Below, piece by piece: positions 21,502 to 30,467 of a stretch of 64,000 nt of DNA. Position 1 is the stretch's first letter. Each line of letters starts with the position of its first letter. The position numbers were made by a program, and so were the translations under genes. This DNA is from Halioglobus sp. (GTDB lineage: Bacteria; Pseudomonadota; Gammaproteobacteria; Pseudomonadales; Halieaceae), in the NCBI GenBank assembly GCA_029287595.1, contig JARFQU010000035.1, positions 88 through 64,087 of the forward strand, read 5' to 3'. The notes under the pieces were generated by a model that had not been told where the DNA came from, did no database searches, and saw only the letters and a list, made by a program, of their open reading frames with translations.

Positions 21502-22600
21502 ATGCTCGAGATAAACCCGCTGCTTAACACACTCAAGGACATAGAGGCGCGTACTGACGTGCTTAGGGGGTATCTTTGACTTCGATAATCGCAAAGAGCG
21601 CCTCGCCGAGGTAGAGCTGGAGCTGGCTGAACCCAGCGTCTGGGATGATCCCGAGCGGGCCCAGGAGCTGGGGCGCGAGCGCTCATCCCTGGAAGCTATC
21701 GTCCACACCATAGAAAAGCTCGATATCGGCAGGGCGGATGCCAGCGACCTGCTGGAGATGGCGGCAGCGGAGGACGATGAAGCCACGGTGGAGGAAATCC
21801 AGGCGGAGGTAGATGGCCTGGTGGTGCAACTGGAGCAGTTGGAATTCCGCCGTATGTTCAACGGCGAGATGGATGCCAACAACGCCTTCCTCGACATACA
21901 GTCGGGCTCCGGTGGTACCGAGGCCCAGGACTGGGCAGAGATGTTGCTGCGTATGTACCTGCGCTGGGGAGAGGCCAGGGGGTTCAAGACCGAACTGATC
22001 GAATGTTCCGGTGGTGACGTAGCGGGCATCAAAAGCGCCACTATCAAGTTCGAGGGTGAGTATGCCTTTGGCTGGCTGCGCACCGAGACCGGTGTGCACC
22101 GCCTGGTGCGCAAGTCGCCCTTTGACTCCGGCAATCGTCGCCATACCTCCTTTGCCTCGGTGTTCGTGGCCCCGGAGATCGATGACAATATCGAGATAGA
22201 CATCAACCCGGCGGACCTGCGGGTGGATACCTACCGCGCCAGCGGCGCCGGTGGCCAGCACGTGAACAAGACCGACTCTGCGGTGCGCCTGACCCACAAC
22301 CCCAGCGGCATCGTGGTGCAGTGCCAGACCGAGCGCTCCCAGCATCAGAACCGGGACAATGCCATGAAGCTGTTGCGCGCCAAGTTATACGAGATGGAAA
22401 TTCTCAAGCGCAACGTGGAAAAACAGGCGATGGAAGACAGCAAGGCCGATATCGGCTGGGGCAGCCAGATCCGCTCCTACGTGCTGGATGCTTCGCGCAT
22501 CAAGGATTTGCGCACCAATGTCGAAACCAGCAACACCCAGGCGGTGCTGGATGGGAGTATTGATCAGTTTATCGAGGCCTCGCTGAAAAGCGGGCTGTAA
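21502..22600 (+). CDS. prfB: Peptide chain release factor 2 (requires programmed +1 frameshift at 21574-21580)
   Basis: ORF0 is [25 protein letters not shown] followed by TGA. The +1 frame continues [34 protein letters not shown]... into track ORF 21758..22600. SPF motif ([15 protein letters not shown]) and GGQ motif (SGAGGQHVN) are present. Confidence 0.95.
21562..21580 (+). promoter_or_regulatory. prfB: RF2 autoregulatory +1 frameshift site
   Basis: CTT AGG GGG TAT CTT TGA C: an internal SD-like AGGGGG, 3-nt spacer, slippery CUU and an in-frame UGA followed by C. This is identical in form to the E. coli prfB site. Confidence 0.92.
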
Positions 22601-22612
22601 ATGAGGCAGAAC

Positions 22613-24109
22613 ATGAGCGAACAGGACAAGCCGGCAGATAACCAGCATGATGAGAACAAACTCATCGCCGAGCGCCGCGCCAAGCTGGCGCAGTTGCGGG
22701 AGCTGCGCAACCCCTTCCCCAATGACTTTCGGCGCACCGCCCTGGCGGCAGATTTACAGAGCCAGTACGGTGAGTGCAGCAAGGAGGAGCTGGAGCAGGC
22801 GGGGCGGGAGTACGCAGTCGCCGGCCGCTTGATCCGCAACCGCGGGGCGTTTCTGCTGATCCAGGATGATGATGGGCAGATCCAGTTATATATCGATCGC
22901 AAGGGCCTGGATGAAAACACCCTGGCACAAATCAAGGGTTGGGACCTGGGCGATATCGTAGCGGCTCGCGGCCCGATTCAAAAATCCGGCAAGGGCGATT
23001 TGTATATCAACATGGCTGAGGCGCGTCTGCTGACCAAAGCGCTGCGCCCCTTGCCCGACAAGTACCATGGTCTGGCAGACCAGGAAATGCGCTATCGCCA
23101 GCGCTATGTGGATCTGATCGTCAATCCCGAGTCCCGGAAGGTGTTTCGCACGCGCTCGCGTATCATCGAGTTCATTCGCGACTATATGAGCGAACTGGCC
23201 TTTATGGAGGTCGAGACACCCATGATGCAGGTGATACCCGGTGGCGCGGCCGCCAGGCCCTTTGTCACCCATCACAATGCGCTGGATCAGCAGATGTACC
23301 TGCGCATCGCCCCCGAGCTGTATCTCAAGCGCCTGGTAGTGGGCGGCTTCGAACGGGTGTTCGAAATCAATCGCAGTTTTCGCAACGAGGGGCTGTCCAC
23401 CCGTCATAACCCCGAGTTCACCATGCTGGAGTACTACTGGGCCTATGCCGACTACGAGGATGCGATGAACCTCACCGAGGACATGCTGCGCAAACTCACC
23501 GCGTCGGTGCTGGGCGATACCACAGTGCACTACCAGGGCAGCAGCTACGATTTTGCGCAACCCTTCCAGCGCATGACAGTGTTTGATTCTATCGTGCAGT
23601 ACAACCCGGATATTTCGGCGCAACAGCTGGCGGATGATGACGCGGCACGCGAGATCGCGCGCGGCCTGGGCATTGAACTCAAGAGCAGTTGGGGCCTGGG
23701 TAAGGTACAGATCGAAATTTTCGAGAAAACGGTGGAACACCTGCTGGACCAGCCCACGTTTATTACCGCCTATCCCACTGAGGTTTCACCGCTGGCCCGG
23801 CGCAGTGACCAGGACCCCTTTGTTACTGATCGCTTCGAGTTTTTCGTCGCTGGTCGGGAACTGGCTAATGGCTTTTCCGAATTAAACGACGCCGAGGACC
23901 AGGCGCAGCGTTTTCTCGCGCAGGTGGCGGAGAAGGATGCCGGCGATGATGAAGCGATGCATTATGATCACGATTATATCCGCGCGCTGGAATACGGCCT
24001 GCCGCCAACCGCTGGTGAAGGTATTGGTATAGACCGTCTGGTCATGCTGTTTACCGACTGTCAGTCCATTCGCGATGTACTGTTGTTTCCCCATATGCGC
24101 CCGGAGTAG
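22613..24109 (+). CDS. lysS: Lysine--tRNA ligase
   Basis: MSEQDK... aligns with E. coli LysS MSEQHA..., and GAGG lies 5-8 nt upstream of ATG 22613 (track start 22601 is possible). Class II motifs FRNEG and [11 protein letters not shown] and the OB-fold N domain are present. Confidence 0.95.
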   Translation: MSEQDKPADNQHDENKLIAERRAKLAQLRELRNPFPNDFRRTALAADLQSQYGECSKEELEQAGREYAVAGRLIRNRGAFLLIQDDDGQIQLYIDRKGLDENTLAQIKGWDLGDIVAARGPIQKSGKGDLYINMAEARLLTKALRPLPDKYHGLADQEMRYRQRYVDLIVNPESRKVFRTRSRIIEFIRDYMSELAFMEVETPMMQVIPGGAAARPFVTHHNALDQQMYLRIAPELYLKRLVVGGFERVFEINRSFRNEGLSTRHNPEFTMLEYYWAYADYEDAMNLTEDMLRKLTASVLGDTTVHYQGSSYDFAQPFQRMTVFDSIVQYNPDISAQQLADDDAAREIARGLGIELKSSWGLGKVQIEIFEKTVEHLLDQPTFITAYPTEVSPLARRSDQDPFVTDRFEFFVAGRELANGFSELNDAEDQAQRFLAQVAEKDAGDDEAMHYDHDYIRALEYGLPPTAGEGIGIDRLVMLFTDCQSIRDVLLFPHMRPE

Positions 24110-24196
24110 GGCATCTCGCCACGCCCCTGGCAGGGTGCGCAATGCGCTGTGAATGCGCTACACTCCGGTGAGCATAACTGCCGAGGAAGTACGCTG

Positions 24197-24772
24197 TTGC
24201 CAGCCATTAGAACAAATGCCTTAGCCACTGCCGGCCTGCTGGTGTTGCTGCAGGCCTGTAGCTCAACCCCAGCGACGCAGCAGTCCGCAGCTGAGTCCGC
24301 ACCCGAAGCAGTGCCCGAGCTAACCTTGAACCTGCCTGAACAGGCTCAGGATTGTGCCTGTGTGGTTACCGAGGAAGCGGATTACACGTTCCTCGACAAA
24401 GGCTTCAATGCCCTGGTTGCCGGTGATCATATTGAGGCGGTGCAGTACTTCCAGCGTTACCAGCGACTTGAGTCGTCCCCCCAGGCAAACTGGGAGGCCG
24501 GTATCGCGATCGCCTATGACAGTATGTTGCCTGACAGCCCTTTTTACGACCCGGCGGCGGCGCGCACTGCCTATGGCAATCTCAAGGACCAACAGGTTGG
24601 GGGCGTGCCCATACACACCAAGGCCCTGATGATGCGTGATGCCCTGGAGACCTTCGTCGCCATGGAGCAACAGATCAGCGATCTGAAAAGTGATAATGCC
24701 CTGCTCAGGCAAGACCTGGAAAAACGCGAGGAGGCGCTCAAACGCCTGCGAGAGCTAACTCTGGGTCAGTAG
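24197..24772 (+). CDS. Hypothetical lipoprotein with C-terminal coiled coil
   Basis: Lipobox LLQAC after a hydrophobic stretch (PAIRTNALATAGLLVLLQAC). GAGGA sits at 24183-24187, so TTG 24197 or CTG 24194 is preferred over the track's GTG 24149. The C-terminus QQISDLKSDNALLRQDLEKREEALKRLRE is coiled-coil-like. No family recognised. Confidence 0.55.
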   Translation: MPAIRTNALATAGLLVLLQACSSTPATQQSAAESAPEAVPELTLNLPEQAQDCACVVTEEADYTFLDKGFNALVAGDHIEAVQYFQRYQRLESSPQANWEAGIAIAYDSMLPDSPFYDPAAARTAYGNLKDQQVGGVPIHTKALMMRDALETFVAMEQQISDLKSDNALLRQDLEKREEALKRLRELTLGQ

Positions 24773-26267
24773 GCAGCACCACCTTGAAAGTGGAGCCCTC
24801 ACCGGCAGCACTCTCCACCTGGATAGTGCCGCCCATCAGGTCGCAGTAATCCCGGCAGATAGCCAGTCCCAGTCCAGTGCCGCCATAGTTCGCGCTGGTG
24901 GAGACTTCGGCTTGCACGAAGGCCTCGAACACCCGTAGCTGTTGATCCTCGTTCATGCCTATGCCGGTATCGCGCACGGAAAACTCAACCCAGCCGGGAC
25001 GTTCTGCCAGCGGTCGGGCAGAAACACTGATGTAACCGTTTTCAGTAAACTTGCAGGCATTGCTCAACAGGTTGGTAAAAATCTGGCGGAATTTGGTAGC
25101 GTCGTTATACAGGGTAGGCAGGTGGCTGAAGTCGGATATTGCCAGCTCGTTGTTATTGTCGCGCAGCAGGGGTGCCAGCGCCTCGCACACCCCGGTGAGT
25201 ATCGCCCCTGGCTGGAACGTTTCACAGTGCAGGGACATTTTCCCCGTTTCGATCTTCGACAGGTCCAGAATGTCATTGATCAATGCCAGCAATTGACGCC
25301 CTGACATGATGATTTTTTCCAGATCGGTCTGGAACTGCTTGCGGTCCACTTGCTGTGGGTCGGTGAGTTCATCGTGCAGCATTTCACTGTAGCCGATGAT
25401 GGCATTCAACGGTGTGCGCAACTCGTGGCTGACGTTGGCCAGGAAAATACTCTTGGCGGCATTGGCCTCGTCGGCAGTGTCCCTGGCCTTGCTCACGTCG
25501 TAGATGGCGTTGCGCAACTTGTCGGACATGTCGTTGAATGCCTGGGCCAGGTCCCCCAGTTCGCCCGTGTCATCGATATTGTCGATGCGGTAGTTGAGGT
25601 CGCCGCTGCCAAAACGCTGGGTGCCGGTCTTCAGTCGCTTCAGCGAGGTATTGGTATAGCGCACCAGGAAAAACCCCAGGCTGGCAGTGAGGAAGATAGA
25701 TGCCAGGAAGCCGATCACCGTGATGCGATCGGTCAGGGCGATGGTGCGATCGATGATGTTGGCACGTTGTCCGGCGATAAAAGCCTGGCGCTGCTCCAGT
25801 TCCTGTAATCGTTGACTGGCTTCCAGGTAGGGCAGGGGATTATCCATGTCCATCTGCAGTTCGGGGTTGTTGTAGCCGCGATAGAAGGTCAGCCAGTCCT
25901 CCAGCAGCTTGCTGGAGCTGTCCCACAGCTGTTCGTAGTGCAGCTCGGTGACACTGTGGCTCAGTTTTCCCAGCTTCTCGATCTTGTTGATGATCCCGGA
26001 GATTTGTTGCTCGGCCTGCCGCAACTCGTCCCCGTCCAACTGGTCATCGGTGGACTCGCGCAGGGTTGACAGTACCAGGATCTGCTGGCGCTGGTCCTCT
26101 AGCAGTTGTTCGACTTCGGTAGACAGCTGTGCAGCGTCGACTGAATTACGGTAGGCGATCATGCTCTGGTTTCGCGCATAACTGCCCCAGAAATGGGTGC
26201 CCACGTTGCCCGCGAACAGAACCAGGATAGTGACCAGAGACAGGGTGAGTCGGCGTCGTAGACTCAT
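24738..26267 (-). CDS. Sensor histidine kinase (TM - helical periplasmic domain - TM - HAMP - HisKA - HATPase_c)
   Basis: H-box FLANVSHELRTPLNAIIGYSEML, N-box FTNLLSNACKF, G-boxes RDTGIGM and GGTGLGLAI. A HAMP-like GDLNYRIDNIDDTGELGDLAQAFNDM follows the second TM (ITVIGFLASIFLTASLGFFLV). Confidence 0.9.
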   Translation of the reverse strand: MSLRRRLTLSLVTILVLFAGNVGTHFWGSYARNQSMIAYRNSVDAAQLSTEVEQLLEDQRQQILVLSTLRESTDDQLDGDELRQAEQQISGIINKIEKLGKLSHSVTELHYEQLWDSSSKLLEDWLTFYRGYNNPELQMDMDNPLPYLEASQRLQELEQRQAFIAGQRANIIDRTIALTDRITVIGFLASIFLTASLGFFLVRYTNTSLKRLKTGTQRFGSGDLNYRIDNIDDTGELGDLAQAFNDMSDKLRNAIYDVSKARDTADEANAAKSIFLANVSHELRTPLNAIIGYSEMLHDELTDPQQVDRKQFQTDLEKIIMSGRQLLALINDILDLSKIETGKMSLHCETFQPGAILTGVCEALAPLLRDNNNELAISDFSHLPTLYNDATKFRQIFTNLLSNACKFTENGYISVSARPLAERPGWVEFSVRDTGIGMNEDQQLRVFEAFVQAEVSTSANYGGTGLGLAICRDYCDLMGGTIQVESAAGEGSTFKVVLPTDPELALAGV

Positions 26268-26638
26268 GCGCGGGAGAGTTTCTCGATTTTGATCAGCAAA
26301 CCGGGAAAATCAACGGGCTTGGTCGCATAGTCATCGCAGCCCGCTTGCAGTGCGTTGAGGCGGTCTGACTCCATGGCGTGCGCGGTCAGCGCGATAATCG
26401 GAATATGGCTGATACGCGGGTCCTCGCGGGCGCGGCGGCAGGCGGTCCAGCCATCCAGCACAGGCAGGTTCATATCCATCAATACCACGCGAGGTTGTTC
26501 GCTGACCATGGCATCCAGTGCCTGTTGCCCGTCTCCCGCGACAATGACCTCCACGCCGGCCCGGTTCAGTCGCCGTACCAGCATATCGCGGTTGAGTTCA
26601 TTGTCCTCGACCAGCAGTACCGGCGCCTGATTGGTCAC
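26264..26638 (-). CDS. Single-domain response regulator (receiver only)
   Basis: 124 aa: LLVEDNELNRD, phospho-acceptor context VVLMDMNLPVLDG, ALTAHA and YATKP. GTG start overlaps the cyclase stop (GTGA), and its stop overlaps the HK start (ATGA). Confidence 0.9.
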   Translation of the reverse strand: MTNQAPVLLVEDNELNRDMLVRRLNRAGVEVIVAGDGQQALDAMVSEQPRVVLMDMNLPVLDGWTACRRAREDPRISHIPIIALTAHAMESDRLNALQAGCDDYATKPVDFPGLLIKIEKLSRA

Positions 26639-28080
26639 AAGGCGCTCCCCAGTATCTGGTGCACCACGATGGACTCTTCTATGCCTTTCACCTTGAGCTC
26701 CTGGCAGTCGCCAACCAGAAAATCGCCCTTGAGGCTTTGCAGGGTGCTGTCGGACACCAGGATTCCGCCCCCGGCAGTGAGATCCTCTATGCGCGAGGTC
26801 ACATTCATGGCGTGACCGACAAAGCCGTATTTGCTGCGTCTTTCCGACCCTATATTGCCGGCGATGACGTCGCCCGTGTTGAGGGCTATCCCTGTCTTGA
26901 TTACCGGCAGGCCCTCGGCCTCATTGACTTCATTAATCTGGGCCATGGCAGCCTGCATCTCCAGGGCGCAGGAAACCGCCCGGTCGGCATCGTCGTCGCG
27001 ATGTTGGGGTGCGCCGAACACCGCGAGTATGGCGTCCCCGATAAACTCATCTATGGTGCCCTGGTGGGCCATGATGATGTCGGTCATGGCGCCCAGGTAA
27101 CGATTCAGCATGGTGACTACCTGGGCTGGTGCCAGGTGCTCACTGAGGGTGGTGAAACCGCGGATGTCTGACATCATGATGGTGACCCGGCGCAGATCGC
27201 CACCCAGCTCCAGGCCCTCGGGTCGTTCCAGTATGTCGGTGACGATTTCGTCGGACAGGTAGCGGCCGAAGGTGGCGCGGATGAATTTTTCGTTGCGCTC
27301 CAGCTGCTGCCGATACTGCTCTTCGCGATCGTGCCACCGCTTGCGCTCTATGCCGGCCTTGATACGCGCCTGCAGTAGTACCTGGTTGAAGGGTTTGAAC
27401 AGGTAGTCGTCGGCGCCGGCCTCAATGCACTCTATGATGCCGTCCATGTCCTGTTGACCGGAAATCACGATTACCGGGGTGGCCCGCCAATCCGGATGCT
27501 CCTTGATGCGGCGCAATACCTCCCGTCCGTCCATCCCCGGCATCAGCAGGTCCAGCAGTACCACGTCCACATCGCTTTGTTCCAGTGCGCGCAAGGCTTC
27601 CTCGCCGCTGGCAGCAGTAACCACGAAGTGACCGATGCGCGACAGGTTGCGGGCTACCAGCTCACGGTTTTCCTTCAGGTCGTCTACAGCCAGGATATAG
27701 CCCGGTTCGGATTCGATAACGCGCTTATCGCCGGAGTCACGCGACTTTCCGCTTCCGGGCTGGGCGGATTGCAGGGCCTTGAGCAGTCGGGCTAGGCTGT
27801 CACTGAGCTGGACCTGTTGCGCATCGAGATCTTCCTGCAGCAGTTCTGCGTAGCCGCGTATTGCGGCAAAAATGTTCATCAGGTCGTGGTTGTCGATATC
27901 CGCAGTCGCGCGCGCCAGCATCGCCTCCAGCCGGTTGCCGCCTTCGAACAGGCGGGAGAAATCCTCCAGGGACTCGGCGGGCAGGTGCTCCTGTGTGGCG
28001 GCAAAGGTGTCACGCAGTTCTACCAGTGCCCGGAGCAGGAGATCGCTCGATTGCGTGATGGTATGGTTACTGCCGGTCAC
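26635..28080 (-). CDS. H-box(DHp-like)/receiver/class III nucleotidyl cyclase fusion, predicted guanylate-cyclase-type specificity
   Basis: 481 aa. Residues ~55-105 carry an H-box-like HDLMNIFAAIRGYAELL (His65, 27886-27888). The REC domain has ILAVDD, VVLLDLLMPGMDG, VISG and YLFKP. The cyclase domain has metal Asps in MSDIRGFT and IGDAIL and transition-state N/R in AMNVTSR. Specificity positions are Glu345 (27046-27048, DEFIGD) and Gly419 (26824-26826, KYGFVG). Confidence 0.88.
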   Translation of the reverse strand: MTGSNHTITQSSDLLLRALVELRDTFAATQEHLPAESLEDFSRLFEGGNRLEAMLARATADIDNHDLMNIFAAIRGYAELLQEDLDAQQVQLSDSLARLLKALQSAQPGSGKSRDSGDKRVIESEPGYILAVDDLKENRELVARNLSRIGHFVVTAASGEEALRALEQSDVDVVLLDLLMPGMDGREVLRRIKEHPDWRATPVIVISGQQDMDGIIECIEAGADDYLFKPFNQVLLQARIKAGIERKRWHDREEQYRQQLERNEKFIRATFGRYLSDEIVTDILERPEGLELGGDLRRVTIMMSDIRGFTTLSEHLAPAQVVTMLNRYLGAMTDIIMAHQGTIDEFIGDAILAVFGAPQHRDDDADRAVSCALEMQAAMAQINEVNEAEGLPVIKTGIALNTGDVIAGNIGSERRSKYGFVGHAMNVTSRIEDLTAGGGILVSDSTLQSLKGDFLVGDCQELKVKGIEESIVVHQILGSAL

Positions 28081-28281
28081 GGTAGTGGAGTGTCCTTTCG
28101 GTGTTGTTATGGCGTTCCTCAGAGTATAACGAGGGCGGTGCCTGTGTGGAAACGCGGATTTTGCGTACTTTCGTGAAAGAAGCAGACCAAATTTGCTCTC
28201 AGAGGTGCGATTTTACAAAAGTTTAGGTTAGTATTATCGTCATAGCGTCAGTGATAGGGCTAACAAGGGTCGGGTGAATTA

Positions 28282-28929
28282 ATGTTAGAGCAAGTTGAAA
28301 TATTCCAGGGTCTGTCACAGGAAGAACTGGAGGCGCTGTCCGCCAGCAGTACCAGTCGCTCGTTTCCCAAAAATACGGTGGTAATTCATGAGAATGACCC
28401 CGCCGATTCGCTGTTCGTGATTGAGAGTGGCAAGGTCAAGGTCTACTGCAGCGACAAGAATGGCAAGGAGTTCATTATGAACACCCAGGGCGCCGGGGAT
28501 TATTTTGGCGAGCTGGCCCTGTTGGATGACTCCACCCGCTCGGCTTCGGTGCGCACGGTGGAGAAGTGTTCTTTCTGTATTATCTACAAGGAAGATTTCA
28601 ACCGCGTACTGGATGAGCACCCCAATATCGGCCGCCAGCTGGTGCGCAATCTGGCACAGCGCGTGCGCAAGCTCACCGCCGATGTGAAGAGTCTCGCGCT
28701 GCAGGACGTCTATGGCCGCGTGGCCAATGTGTTGATGGACCTGTCGGAAGAGCGCGGTGACGGCACGCTCTATATCCCAGAGAAATTGACCCAGCAGGAT
28801 ATAGCCGACCGCGTGGGTGCGTCCCGCGAGATGGTGGCGCGCATTCTCAAGGACCTGACCATCGGCGAATATATCCGCTTTGAGGGTCGCCACATCATTA
28901 TTAACACCCGCTTGCCCGCCAAGTACTGA
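28282..28929 (+). CDS. Crp/Fnr family cyclic-nucleotide-binding transcriptional regulator
   Basis: cNMP pocket motif FGELALLDDSTRSASV and a C-terminal HTH QQDIADRVGASREMVARILKDL that aligns with CRP [22 protein letters not shown]. It has no N-terminal Cys cluster, so it is not FNR-like. Confidence 0.9.
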   Translation: MLEQVEIFQGLSQEELEALSASSTSRSFPKNTVVIHENDPADSLFVIESGKVKVYCSDKNGKEFIMNTQGAGDYFGELALLDDSTRSASVRTVEKCSFCIIYKEDFNRVLDEHPNIGRQLVRNLAQRVRKLTADVKSLALQDVYGRVANVLMDLSEERGDGTLYIPEKLTQQDIADRVGASREMVARILKDLTIGEYIRFEGRHIIINTRLPAKY

Positions 28930-29011
28930 TCGCTACTGACTGGTGCTACATTAGCAGACCATTAGAGCCTGCTGCCCGGCCATTGGCCGCTGACATTGTA
29001 TTGGCTGCGCT

Positions 29012-30385
29012 TTAGTTTTCCTTCTTTTCTACTCCAGTGACTGTCAGTGCCAGCTTACCTTTTGCCAGCCTGGCCTCGACCTGGTCTCCAGCAGAAACGG
29101 TCGCGGCATCGGTCAGCACCTTACCCTTGCCATCGGTGACAATGGCGTAACCTCTTTGTAATGTTCCCAGCGGGCTGAGCGAATCCAGCATCTGTGCCAG
29201 GTGCGCCAGGCGAGCACCTGCCTGTTGCAGTTTATGTTGCATCGCCGCTTCTAGGCGCTGCTGCAATTGTGCGGTATCGCGCTGCAGTTGCTGCAGGCGC
29301 GGCAGCGGTGAGCGGGCGTGCAGGCGGCTCTCCAGCAGTGCCAGTTCTGCGCGGCGACGTCGCAACAGATTGGTCTGCGCCAGAATCAGGCGCTGCTCCA
29401 GGTCGTCCAGGCGCTGGGCCTGTTCCCGCAGTTGCGCGCCAGGGTGTTTCAGACGCTTGCGCAGATGTTCCAGTTCGCTGGCGGCACCGGCCAGCTTGCG
29501 CTTGATCAGGCGCACCAGGTTTGCCTCGATCTGGGTCAGGCGCTGCTGCCATTCAAGCTGGTCGGGGCTCAGCAGTTCAGCTGCAGCGGAGGGGGTGGCC
29601 GCGCGGTGGTCCGCAACCATGTCCGCTATGCTGAAATCAATCTCGTGTCCTACCGCGCTGACAATGGGCAACTCGCTGGCGGCAATCGCACGGGCCACAA
29701 TTTCCTCGTTAAAGGCCCACAGATCCTCCAGTGAGCCCCCGCCGCGGCCCACGATGAGGGCGTCCAGTTGCACCTTGCCTTCACTCTGCCAGCGATTGGC
29801 GTTGCTGATAGCGGTGGCGATTTCCCGGGCCGCACCATCACCCTGTACGGCCACCGGAATGATCGAAACAGCGATCGCCGGGCAGCGGCGCCGCAGGACG
29901 GTGAGAATGTCGTGGATGGCGGCCCCGGTGGGCGACGTGATCACGCCCAGGTGGGAGACGCTCTGGGGCAGCGGCTTTTTGTTTTCCGGGTTGAACAGCC
30001 CCTCCGCCAGCAGTTTCGCCTTGAGTCTTTCGAAGGCCGCCTGCAGTGCGCCGGCGCCGGCGTGCTCCATATGCTCTACAATGAGCTGGAATTCGCCGCG
30101 CCCCTCATACAGGGAGACCCGGCAGCGCAGGCGGATGGCATCGCCGTTTTTGGGCTTGAATTTGACCCTCTGGTTGCGGTTGCGAAACATGGCACAGCGC
30201 ACCTGGGCGTCGTCGTCCTTGAGGGAGAAGTACCAGTGCCCGGACCCCGGGGCGACGAAGTTGCTTATCTCGCCCTCGACCCAGACGAAATCGAAGTGAC
30301 TCTCCAGCAGGGTCCTTGCCTGGCGATTCAGTTGGCTGACACTGAGCGTCTGTGGCGGATTATCGTTGTCGAAGGGGTTGGACAA
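29012..30385 (-). CDS. xseA: Exodeoxyribonuclease VII large subunit
   Basis: N-terminal OB fold (VWVEGEISNF), VITSPTGAAIHD, GRGGGSLEDLWAFNEE and a long C-terminal coiled coil. Confidence 0.95.
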   Translation of the reverse strand: MSNPFDNDNPPQTLSVSQLNRQARTLLESHFDFVWVEGEISNFVAPGSGHWYFSLKDDDAQVRCAMFRNRNQRVKFKPKNGDAIRLRCRVSLYEGRGEFQLIVEHMEHAGAGALQAAFERLKAKLLAEGLFNPENKKPLPQSVSHLGVITSPTGAAIHDILTVLRRRCPAIAVSIIPVAVQGDGAAREIATAISNANRWQSEGKVQLDALIVGRGGGSLEDLWAFNEEIVARAIAASELPIVSAVGHEIDFSIADMVADHRAATPSAAAELLSPDQLEWQQRLTQIEANLVRLIKRKLAGAASELEHLRKRLKHPGAQLREQAQRLDDLEQRLILAQTNLLRRRRAELALLESRLHARSPLPRLQQLQRDTAQLQQRLEAAMQHKLQQAGARLAHLAQMLDSLSPLGTLQRGYAIVTDGKGKVLTDAATVSAGDQVEARLAKGKLALTVTGVEKKEN

Positions 30386-30396
30386 GGGAACTTTTG

Positions 30397-30426
30397 TTTA
30401 CCTGGGGTGGGCCTGGGATTTATAAT
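30397..30426 (+). promoter_or_regulatory. Candidate guaBA promoter
   Basis: TTTACC-18 nt-TATAAT, with the -10 ending 41 nt upstream of the guaB ATG. Confidence 0.4.
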
Positions 30427-30467
30427 TGCACGTTTAACTTAAACCCGCTAGCCGGAGATGTCCCCTT

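Noticed and set aside
28081-28281. Search for a CRP-type TGTGA-N6-TCACA operator in the divergent spacer between the cyclase operon and the Crp-like gene.
   Set aside because: The best candidate (CGTGA-AAGAAG-CAGAC) matches one half-site only. A TTTACA-17-TATCGT promoter-like pair exists for the Crp-like gene but is not compelling. No site is claimed.
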